Below are positions 32,174 through 41,291 of a DNA stretch of 64,000 nt, in pieces. The notes under the pieces are model-generated. The model was not told where the DNA came from and did not search any database. It was given only the letters and a program-made list of their open reading frames with translations. Origin of the DNA: Porphyridium purpureum (taxonomy: Eukaryota); NCBI GenBank assembly GCA_008690995.1, contig VRMN01000004.1, positions 1 to 64,000 of the forward strand. Reading direction: 5' to 3'. The position numbers and the translations under genes are program-made. The stretch's first letter is position 1; the number at the start of each line of letters is the position of its first letter.

Positions 32174-35100
32174 TGTCGCTAATATCGGGTAGCGGAAAAC
32201 CCGGAAGGTTAAACGCGCGGGAAGCCGGAACGGCAACGGGCGCGTCGGCGACTCAGTGTGGAGCTTCCTTGTAGAGGACCTCTGACACTGTAGTTCAAGC
32301 CTATAGATGTGTAACACACGTAAACACAATCCCTTTTGAATTTATCAAAATAGTTTCCCCTTACCTTCTAGGCACTACCGCGACACCTCTAGTAGAGTAT
32401 GCGGCGAGACTTATACACGCAGTCGACTCGTCCGACTCTCCTAGGTGTACAGTCACTGAAGGACAAACAGAGTATTCTGACACTCGCCCTTTCTTTTTTC
32501 TTTTTTTCTTTTTTCTTTTCTGCTCCTTGTTCACCGCTGACAGAGCTGCGGAGAGGAGCCGACCTTCCCGAAAATGTGAAGGTATTTCCTCATGGACTTC
32601 TTGGTATTGATGGAGAGAGAGCAACTTGGGTCAACAGGATGGTTTTGGACGACGACTTGACGGCAAAGGAAGTACGCATCGGATGAATTACCAAGTCAGG
32701 TGCACGGAAGCGGACTCAACGTAGGCGAGAAGCCCTTGCGACGGGACCCGCGCCCACAACGGACAAAAGCGGTCTTTGGTGAGAGCGTCTGCGATATTAA
32801 GAGCACCCGGAACGTGCAATATTTGTGAAATGCGCAGATCAGCAAGTCCTTGTCGTAGCACGAGCATACGTACCAGAAGGCGCTTTTCCGTCATCGTCGT
32901 GCTGCGTGTGACGGAATCAAACACCTGTTTTGAATCGGTTGCGAGAACGATTGGTACACTCAAGCCATGACGCAACAACTCAGTTTGAATTGCTTCTGCA
33001 AAGTCAAACGCGTGACAAAGAGCGAGAAGTTCGGCACTGAGTACGGAGTGCGCGACTTGCCGACACTTATTGGATTGGGCGTGCAAGTAATGCACTCTTT
33101 CTGTGTTGTCGCCTAGGAATATAGCGAAACCAATTTGTGATGTGTGGTCCAGATTGGATGCGTAAGACGCGTCGGCGAACACACGAAGCTGTAGGGCATT
33201 GATGTTCAACGGCTCGTATCGCAGCTTGACCGGATTATCCAATACGTAGCGCGATAGAGTCATCAATCGGCGCCAGTGAACCGGTAAAAAGTCGTCAGCA
33301 ACCACTTGCGAAGCCAAGGCCACACCACACAGGATATCTGGACGGGTACCGGTTGCGATGTAGTTCAACCTGCCACGTAATGCACGGAAATCTTCGAACG
33401 AGTTCGCACCGACTGGTTTGAGGCTTCGGGCGGCATACTTGACATGGTCGATGAAGTGGACGTCTCCTTTTCTTGTGACACCGAATCCGTTGAATACGAA
33501 GGGCACACGGCATAAGCCTTTGTGTTCGAAATTAGACGCCACAATTCGTTCACGAACGAGACAAGCGTCTTCACCAGCCACAATTACGTCGTCCACGAGG
33601 ATGCCAACAAAGCCTTGCCCGGTCACTTGATCATGCATGACGCAAGGGTCTAGAGCCCCTGGTACGAAACGCTCAACCCGGAGCGCACGAGTCAGCGTAC
33701 TGTACCAGTACGCGCCGGATTCCGTGAGACCGTATAAAGGACGTAAAAGCTTAGCAAATTTGGGCCATGCAGTATTGGTGATGGAGGAGAGGATGTTTCG
33801 CACATCGTCTTTGAGCCGAAGATAGACGTCGCGATTCAGCGGATGTGCGCTCTGCAAATATGCTTGCACGTAATCTCGGTAAAACAATTCCCAGTCACGA
33901 CATGCTGCAACACTTACTAAAAGACGGAAAGAGTACTTAGCGAGGATAGGCGACTCGACATTCACAGAGCTTGCTTCACGGTCGTTGAAGCCCTGCACGA
34001 CAAAGCGTGACTTTTTGACGCCAGTTGGCTTGATGATTCTATCCATTCGCGAGCCCAGAAGATTCGCCCCAGGGGGCACTGAATTGATGGGAGACAAGAT
34101 GCCGTGTTTCACGATGCCGGCCATCTCCTTAGCGTCTGCGTCTTCGAAACCTTCCTGTGCTGGTTTGTTGGTAAGCAGGCAGAGCAAAGCGTGAGACCTA
34201 GGCGGCACATAGAGTTTAACGTTTGTCGCGGAATACTCAGAAACACGCGCCCGATCACTTGAAAGAAGCGATGGCTGAATGACCGACACGCGTGCACGGT
34301 CTCCATTTACGTCGCTGCACACAAAAGGCCCGGTCCATGCTTTTCCTTCTTCACGACGGACCAAGACTGCAGCACCAGGCACGAGTTCATTGTGGCCGGG
34401 GAATTGCGGTGCACGCGTCGTGGCTGCTAACTTGAGCTTGAGCTTGGAGACTATGACTTCATATTCTGCCCTTGCGCGGGCCATGGCACCGAGCCTCGAT
34501 TCCTGCGTTTCTCGTGAATCGTGCTGTCCGACTTCTGGACGTAAGGGTAACCGCGGAATCGTGCCGAAGACCAACAGAGACGGGATGATGCCCTCTGGCC
34601 CGGTGGTGACATTGATGGCTCGAGTTGCAATGTCCAGTACATCATTCGGAGACAAGTCTTGATGTTCACGGTGCACTCTGTCGCATACACAGCGCAGAGT
34701 TTCATGATGTCGCTCGACAATGCCCAGTGCAAAATGCGCTTCAATTGGAACAGGATCAATGACGACGCCCTCGTTATTCAACATAATTTCCAGATCCTTT
34801 GAGACGAGGACACGTTCTCTATCTAGGACGATGCGGTGTGGGGCGCCAAAGACCTTGAACCACATGGAATACAAGTCACGAAAAATGCCTTGCGCTGTTC
34901 CGTCCCTTGAAACACATGCAGCTGTAAATTTTGTACCTGCACAGACGACATGCAGGACCTTGGTGGAAACGCCATCGAATGTGATGAATACGAAATCTAA
35001 TTGTACGACATGATTAAATTCGACGTCAAAATTTGCAGCGACTTTGTACGTTGTGCGCCGCCCCACGTACCATTGGCAGGTTTCGCATTTCCTGACGAGT

Positions 35101-37226
35101 TCAATAAAATTGTGAATTTCTCCTGGATCGACTTGTTCGCCCGCTTGGCGCAGTAATTGCTTGATTTTTGCGGCGGAGGCATGTCCAAATCGCTTATGCA
35201 GCTTGTAAAGTTCATCGGCGGTGTAGAGCGCGATGTCAAGAGGCGAACAAAATTCGAGAGCCAGCTGGCCCCCAGGGGGACGGATTAGGGGTAGGTCGGG
35301 GATATGCGCCAATTTTGAACGCAGGACGCTCTCTGTTCGGAGCAGGTCAAACTGGAACTTGTCTTGGTCCAATCCTCCGAAGATCAGCGGCAAATAGTCA
35401 TTATGAACAATCACGGGATAAAGGTCCAAAAACGAATCCTGCGACGTCGGGAGACGCACATGTCCGCGCCCGATAACAGGCAAAGAACGTCCCCAGAAAA
35501 CTGGCACATCGTTGTCTGCCGGTTCCAATGCAGGTGACTGGCCTACAGTATGGCAGTACCTTTCATATGCTTTCAGACCAGACAGTGACCGACCTGATCC
35601 TGTGTCCACAAGTATGGTCCACTTTTGCCCGCGTGGCAAACAGTCGAGAGTTGCATAAACATCAGAAACAAAGCCAAGAAAATCAGAATTATTGTTTGCT
35701 CCGGGATCTGCGGACACGTGAGCCGAGGCTTCGAGCTGATCAGTACTGTTGCGTATCTCCGTGAGGCCCGTAAAGTGCACACGCGGATCTGTATGTATGC
35801 GGCGATAATCAGAGCCCTGCGAATTACGATATTCTGAAGCCTGTGGACCGCGATAATCCGGACTGTGTGGACGACGGTGTTCTGGACGACGCCATTGGTA
35901 ACGAACGGGTGGTGCCCCAGGCTGACCTGAACTTCGAGGCCTCGGCCTCGAAAAGTACAATTCATTATTGCTTGGGACATCGTCCTCGTGCCGTTCTCCA
36001 ACATCGGACGCATTATCTGGGGTCTCAATGTAGTAGGAGGTTTGGTTTGCATGAGTGCTGAGAAGGTCCAGTCTGCCCAAATACAGACGGATGCGGCTGA
36101 TCGCTTCAGTTCCTTCCACTTCTGCAAGCGAAATGGCAATTTGTGACCCATGCTTGCTGAGGAGCATTGCTTGGACAACGTACTCAGCAACACTAGCTGG
36201 GAAGCTATGTGGGGGGCCAATCTGGTCTACCGCAGCTACGATGGAGCTGCACATTCCGTCAAATCTGGCAACTTCCGTATCGCCAATGTGGCGGAAGCGG
36301 TCGAACGATGTCTGACGGACCAACTGCAACGCTGCTCTGGTGGTTATCTTCGACACGAAAGTCGAGCCCAGGACATCAATCAGCTGCCACAGACGGAGCC
36401 TTGCGTTCTCTTGGGCGCACGTCAGGGCGAGTCCGGACAGGGTGAACGGGATACAGGATTTTGCATCTGAATCCGACAATGATATGATGTCGAGACAGTG
36501 TTGAAAACGACCTTTCCACTTGTGAAAAGGTGTCCCATTGGGAGCACCGGAGAATATATCTTCTCTGGGGAAAAGTTTCAGAAACCTTTCACGCGCCGTT
36601 TGAAACGACGACTGTCCGCTTCTCCCACTTTCCGCCGGTACAGACGGAGAAGATCCGGAGATGCCCGCGTCTGATACCTCACCTCGAGCACCAGACGGGG
36701 AAACAGCAGCACCAAGCGCGTCAAGTTTTGTCATGACATCCAACAACATTCGCTCCACGCCTTCAAGCCTTGTGGAGCTGGACTCGATCTTTTCGTGGAG
36801 CGTATCAATGTCGTCCGCCAACGACTCGAGTGTCCGAGTGGACTGGGCGCTTGCCATGCTGCCTCGCTACTTCGTAGCACAAACTTCTTGCAAATCAAAG
36901 TCTTGCGAATTCATGAATGTCGCTAATATCGGGTAGCGGAAAACCCGGAAGGTTAAACGCGCGGGAAGCCGGAACGGCAACGGGCGCGTCGGCGACTCAG
37001 TGTGGAGCTTCCTTGTAGAGGACCTCTGACACTGTAGTTCAAGCCTATAGATGTGTAACACACGTAAACACAATCCCTTTTGAATTTATCAAAATAGTTT
37101 CCCCTTACCTTCTAGGCACTACCGCGACACCTCTAGTAGAGTATGCGGCGAGACTTATACACGCAGTCGACTCGTCCGACTCTCCTAGGTGTACAGTCAC
37201 TGAAGGACAAACAGAGTATTCTGACA
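32174..37226 (-). mobile_element. Ty1/Copia LTR retrotransposon 2 (GalEa-like), intact and recent
   Basis: 309-bp LTRs at 32174-32482 and 36918-37226, identical on inspection, TG...CA termini. Perfect 5-bp TSD AAAAG (32169-32173 and 37227-37231). PPT on the minus strand at 32483-32520. Confidence 0.97.
32688..36857 (-). CDS. Gag-Pol polyprotein, Copia order
   Basis: Protease VDTGS, integrase LHKRFGH...CETCQ/VQLDF/LDRE/VERHH, RT DYVQAYLQ/LYGLTESG/ILVDD, RNase H FADASY/SAELLA/TDSKQ/NIADALTK; uninterrupted 1389 aa. Confidence 0.96.
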   Translation of the reverse strand: MASAQSTRTLESLADDIDTLHEKIESSSTRLEGVERMLLDVMTKLDALGAAVSPSGARGEVSDAGISGSSPSVPAESGRSGQSSFQTARERFLKLFPREDIFSGAPNGTPFHKWKGRFQHCLDIISLSDSDAKSCIPFTLSGLALTCAQENARLRLWQLIDVLGSTFVSKITTRAALQLVRQTSFDRFRHIGDTEVARFDGMCSSIVAAVDQIGPPHSFPASVAEYVVQAMLLSKHGSQIAISLAEVEGTEAISRIRLYLGRLDLLSTHANQTSYYIETPDNASDVGERHEDDVPSNNELYFSRPRPRSSGQPGAPPVRYQWRRPEHRRPHSPDYRGPQASEYRNSQGSDYRRIHTDPRVHFTGLTEIRNSTDQLEASAHVSADPGANNNSDFLGFVSDVYATLDCLPRGQKWTILVDTGSGRSLSGLKAYERYCHTVGQSPALEPADNDVPVFWGRSLPVIGRGHVRLPTSQDSFLDLYPVIVHNDYLPLIFGGLDQDKFQFDLLRTESVLRSKLAHIPDLPLIRPPGGQLALEFCSPLDIALYTADELYKLHKRFGHASAAKIKQLLRQAGEQVDPGEIHNFIELVRKCETCQWYVGRRTTYKVAANFDVEFNHVVQLDFVFITFDGVSTKVLHVVCAGTKFTAACVSRDGTAQGIFRDLYSMWFKVFGAPHRIVLDRERVLVSKDLEIMLNNEGVVIDPVPIEAHFALGIVERHHETLRCVCDRVHREHQDLSPNDVLDIATRAINVTTGPEGIIPSLLVFGTIPRLPLRPEVGQHDSRETQESRLGAMARARAEYEVIVSKLKLKLAATTRAPQFPGHNELVPGAAVLVRREEGKAWTGPFVCSDVNGDRARVSVIQPSLLSSDRARVSEYSATNVKLYVPPRSHALLCLLTNKPAQEGFEDADAKEMAGIVKHGILSPINSVPPGANLLGSRMDRIIKPTGVKKSRFVVQGFNDREASSVNVESPILAKYSFRLLVSVAACRDWELFYRDYVQAYLQSAHPLNRDVYLRLKDDVRNILSSITNTAWPKFAKLLRPLYGLTESGAYWYSTLTRALRVERFVPGALDPCVMHDQVTGQGFVGILVDDVIVAGEDACLVRERIVASNFEHKGLCRVPFVFNGFGVTRKGDVHFIDHVKYAARSLKPVGANSFEDFRALRGRLNYIATGTRPDILCGVALASQVVADDFLPVHWRRLMTLSRYVLDNPVKLRYEPLNINALQLRVFADASYASNLDHTSQIGFAIFLGDNTERVHYLHAQSNKCRQVAHSVLSAELLALCHAFDFAEAIQTELLRHGLSVPIVLATDSKQVFDSVTRSTTMTEKRLLVRMLVLRQGLADLRISQILHVPGALNIADALTKDRFCPLWARVPSQGLLAYVESASVHLTW

Positions 37227-37325
37227 AAAAGGGAATGAAGAGGCAAGTGGGAAGGTATGGCGAAGTAGATGAATGAGTTAGTTTGTGTGTGGGTGTGTGG
37301 GTGAGATGGAGCGAGGAGCTTGGGG

Positions 37326-38606
37326 TTAGACCGAGAGCACGCGCCACCGGATAAGGCTCGCGATGCCGAGCACGGCGGTGCGGAAACGGCGCCGCGCGAG
37401 GTTGGCGCGCGACGGCGTGGTGGCGGCGAGGTCGCGCTCGTCGGCGCTGGGCATCAGCCCGGACGCGCCCGAGGCCGTGCGCGCAACTTCGGCGCTGAAC
37501 GTCGCGAACCACGCGTGCTGCAGCGCGCCCACGGCGCTCAGCCGCTTCGCAGGGCTCGCCTGCAGAAGACCGCGCACCAGCGACTGCGCGCTGTCCGAGA
37601 TGCGCCGCCACGGGTCGTCCGGGAAGTGCAGCTCGTGGCGCTCGACCATTTCGCTCACTTGGTCATCGTCGGCACCGTAGAACGGCGCCTTGCCGCTCAG
37701 CATAATATACAAAATCACACCGCACGCCCACATGTCCGCGGGCGGGCCGTACGGCTGCCGCCGAACGATCTCCGGTGCAATGTACCCCACAGTGCCCGTA
37801 GGGCGCTGCACATTCGGGTTGGGTAAAAGCACGCCGTCTTCGCCCACAAAGCTCGCGAGCCCAAAGTCGGCCAGCTTTACCTGCAGCGGCCACGCCCGTG
37901 CTTTGCACAGGACATTTTCCGGCTTGATATCGCCGTGCACAATACCGTGCGCGTGCAAGTATGCCACACCGCGAAGGATCCCCTGCGCGGCATGCGCCGC
38001 TTGCTTCTCTGGAAACGCGCCGGATGCAGATATCAGATCGAACAGTTCGCCGCCGGCCATGAACTCCAGCACAATGTGCAAATAATTCTTCTGATCAAAC
38101 ACATCGTACGTGTTCACAATGTTCGGGTGGCACGCGGACTTCATTATGTTCATCTCGCGCAGCAAGCCGTCCTTTTGCGCGTCGTCCAGCCCAGCCTTAT
38201 TGATAGTCTTGATGGCGAATTTCTCGCCCGTGTCGCGATCAAAAGCCTCACGAACCTCAGCAAACGCGCCTTCACCAAGCAGCTCGCCAACCCGATAAAA
38301 GTCATCGATGGAGCGAGACGAAGCGGTCTTGAGCGCTTGCACCCACCGGTTGAACTCGCGGTCGTTCTCGGCAAAGAGCGACACCCGCCGCGAAGGAAGC
38401 TGGATCACAAGCTCGTTGTGCTTGGCTCCGGCGCGCACGGGACAATCGAGCACGCTCACCTCCCAGGTCGCCGGTGCGTTCTCTGCGTGGTGATTCGACA
38501 GAATGGTGCCCTTGAGCCGTAGAAAGCGCCGATGCTTCGAACGCAGAACGCGCCCCTCCTTGTACAGCCATCCTTGCGTGCCGGACGGCTCGCCGTGCCG
38601 CAGCAT
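37326..38606 (-). CDS. PH-domain CAMK-group Ser/Thr protein kinase
   Basis: PH domain (QGWLYKEG...RRFLRL...WVQAL), GEGAFAEV, FAIK, HGDIKPEN, DFG, APE, DMWACG, and a basic CaM-binding-like tail. Confidence 0.92.
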   Translation of the reverse strand: MLRHGEPSGTQGWLYKEGRVLRSKHRRFLRLKGTILSNHHAENAPATWEVSVLDCPVRAGAKHNELVIQLPSRRVSLFAENDREFNRWVQALKTASSRSIDDFYRVGELLGEGAFAEVREAFDRDTGEKFAIKTINKAGLDDAQKDGLLREMNIMKSACHPNIVNTYDVFDQKNYLHIVLEFMAGGELFDLISASGAFPEKQAAHAAQGILRGVAYLHAHGIVHGDIKPENVLCKARAWPLQVKLADFGLASFVGEDGVLLPNPNVQRPTGTVGYIAPEIVRRQPYGPPADMWACGVILYIMLSGKAPFYGADDDQVSEMVERHELHFPDDPWRRISDSAQSLVRGLLQASPAKRLSAVGALQHAWFATFSAEVARTASGASGLMPSADERDLAATTPSRANLARRRFRTAVLGIASLIRWRVLSV

Positions 38607-39469
38607 ACTTGACGCGGCGGAGTAGCGCACAGAAGCGCGAACGCGGCCTGCTATAGTCGCAAAGAAAAAGTGCAGCTGCCCTACACCTGGAACGTACAAA
38701 GCGCGCAGCCTGTCAGAAAACGAAAAGAGGCAACCGTCACGTGGCAGACGAAACAAACCCTAAGCAACACCTTTTTCTCCTGCCGTGATTCCTCACGTCG
38801 GTCCAAACATGTTGCATCTGCCCGCGCCCGCCGAGTCAACGATGGTGCGCGCGTCCGCGCGGTACACAGAGCGCGAGGCGCGCGGGACGCGACCGCGCTT
38901 GCTGGCCCGGTGGCGCACGCCCTTCTTGCCGAGCTTTGTGCGCTTCGCTACAATTGTATCGTGGCGCTGTACGAGGCGCAGTTCTCGACGCCGCCGACTC
39001 TCCCACACAGTCGCGGCGTCAAGCGAGGCGCGCGCGTGCAAACACAACACAGCGGACACCGTCAAAGCTTCCCTCGGGAATCGCCAGCCAGTCGCAGAAT
39101 CAGATGCGCAGCGGCAACAGTACCTCACTGTACTTCTACAGAACATCTAGGTACAGCTCGTCTTTTGTTGGGTTCTGTGTGGAGCCGAGTCGGGTGTGAC
39201 GCGCATGCGGGTGTGACCGGGGTTCAAGCGTTCCTGGTGGTGGTGTTGGTGTTGGATGCGAGCGACTGGACCCCGCGCTTCGGTTCCCTCCTCTGGCCGC
39301 GCCGCGATACCGTGAAAAGGCCTCGTGAGATCCTTGCCGCTGAAACGCATAACCCTCCCCTAGGCGTGGCGGACGTGAGCTCGCTTCTCAACGCAGTCGG
39401 AAGCGCGCACGGCGTTCGTGGCAAAGAAGACAGGCGACGCAGATTTCGCGATACACGTGTTTCGCAGCA

Positions 39470-40747
39470 ATGGCAGCGTTGTGGAAAGCTGTGCCCGAGG
39501 CTCCGGCCGACCCGATTTTGGGCGTGGCGGCTGCGTTTCGCGCAGACCCGTCGCCGAACAAGGTCAATCTGGGCGTGGGCGCGTACCGTACTGAGCACGG
39601 AAAACCGTACGTGCTGCCCGTAGTAGCGCGCGTGCACCGCGAGCTGCTGGACGACGGTGTTGATCACGAGTACCTGCCCATGGAAGGCTACGCACCGTTT
39701 ATCTCAGCGGCAGAGCGTGTTATTTTGGGCGACGCGGCCGCTGCGCTGCGCGAAGGCCGCGTCGCGTCCGTGCAGGCGCTGTCGGGCACTGGCTCGCTCC
39801 GCGTAGCGTTCGAGTTTCTGAAGCGATTCTATCGCCCACGCGCTGGTGCTGGTGACGCCGGCTCGCTGCCAAAGGTGTACGTGCCGAGCCCAACGTGGTC
39901 CAACCACCGGCAAATTGTTCCAGACGCTGGCCTCGGTGATGCCGTCCTCTACCGCTACTTTAACGCCAAGACGCACGGCGTGGACTTCTCTGGCATGTGC
40001 GCGGACTTGCGCGCGGCGCCTCCCGGCAGTGTTGTATTGTTCCACGGCTGCGCGCACAACCCGACTGGTGCGGACCCCACAATGGAACAGTGGGTCCAGC
40101 TGCTGGACATCTGCAAGAGTGGCTCGCTGCTGCCGTTGTTCGACAATGCATACCAGGGCTTTGCCTCGGGCGACCTCAATCGTGACGCCGCGTCAGTTCG
40201 CCTGTTTGCTGACGCCGGCATCGACCTGATCATCACCCAGTCGTTTGCGAAGAATATGGGACTGTACGGCGAGCGCGTTGGCTGCTTGAGCGTGGTGATG
40301 TCTTCGCCGTGCTCGCCCGAGATCCGTACGCGCGTGTTGTCGCAGCTCAAGCTGGTCGTGCGGCCCATGTACTCGTCGCCGCCCGCGCTGGGCGCCAAGA
40401 TCGCGGCGCGAATCCTTGGTGAACCCGGGCTTTTCGCCGAGTGGAACACCGAGCTTCAGAAGATGTCCAGTCGCATCTACGCCATGCGCGTTGCACTGCG
40501 CGACAGGCTTATCGCAAATGGTGCGCCCGGCTCGTGGCAGCATGTCGTTGACCAAATTGGCATGTTCTCCTTCACAGGCCTGACGCCGCAGCAGGTGGCG
40601 TACATGGTCGAGAAGCACCACATCTACCTGACATCGAATGGGCGCATCTCTATCGCAGGGCTAAACCCGTCAAACATCAACTATGTAGCCGACGCCATGA
40701 AGGACGCGATCGAGGCCCACCCTAGTGGTGATGCATCAAAGCTGTAG
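39470..40747 (+). CDS. Aspartate aminotransferase (class I), C-terminal PTS1 SKL
   Basis: KVNLGVGAYR, QALSGTGSL, HGCAHNPTG, FDNAYQGFASG, SFAKNMGLYGERVG (PLP lysine), GMFSFTGL, GRIS; ends ASKL. Confidence 0.96.
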   Translation: MAALWKAVPEAPADPILGVAAAFRADPSPNKVNLGVGAYRTEHGKPYVLPVVARVHRELLDDGVDHEYLPMEGYAPFISAAERVILGDAAAALREGRVASVQALSGTGSLRVAFEFLKRFYRPRAGAGDAGSLPKVYVPSPTWSNHRQIVPDAGLGDAVLYRYFNAKTHGVDFSGMCADLRAAPPGSVVLFHGCAHNPTGADPTMEQWVQLLDICKSGSLLPLFDNAYQGFASGDLNRDAASVRLFADAGIDLIITQSFAKNMGLYGERVGCLSVVMSSPCSPEIRTRVLSQLKLVVRPMYSSPPALGAKIAARILGEPGLFAEWNTELQKMSSRIYAMRVALRDRLIANGAPGSWQHVVDQIGMFSFTGLTPQQVAYMVEKHHIYLTSNGRISIAGLNPSNINYVADAMKDAIEAHPSGDASKL

Positions 40748-40984
40748 TGAGAGCCCTAGCCGTGCGAAATCTTGACAGATATGGTTCGTCCGAGTTGCCA
40801 CAGTGATAAGAAATGAAGTTTTGGCGGCCTTCTTCGTACGGGATCTGACTTTGCTCCGTCGCGTTGATCGTCAGAAGATACTCAGTAACTCAGTTGGGTC
40901 AGAGCCGAGCCAAAAGATACACACAACATAGCAAGTAAAGGCAGGCCAAACCAAAAAAAGAAGGAGAGAGAGGCAAAAGAAATT

Positions 40985-41104
40985 ACCTGCGCCACCCGGA
41001 ATTCCCGAGTGATCCCTCACCTCAATACTACCCGGGCGCTAGCGGACTTAGCTTCCCTGTGCGAGATGGGAAGGGGCGCATGTCCAGCTGCTATGAGCGC
41101 AGGT
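40985..41104 (-). rRNA. 5S rRNA gene, solitary and divergent
   Basis: 120 nt on the minus strand: ACCTGCGCTCATAGC...CCCATCTCGCACAGGGAAGCTAAG...GTAGTATTGAGGTGAGGGATCACTCGGGAATTCCGGGTGGCGCAGGT. Helix I ACCTGCGC/GCGCAGGT, box A-like AGCTAAG and loop E TAGTA. Upstream TATA-like element at about -30 and a downstream T-run. Confidence 0.88.
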
Positions 41105-41291
41105 TGAGAGAGGTGTGGAAAAATAAAATACATATAACCGTCGTAAAATAAATTAGTGAGAATCGACTGTCAAACAATCCGGATTTTACTAGTGAAACTT
41201 TGAGTTTGGGTCGAAGGGCACTGCGCCGCAACAAACGCAACAGCGGTCACGCATGGCGCCTTGGTGGCGGCACAACTAGTCGACAGCAGCC

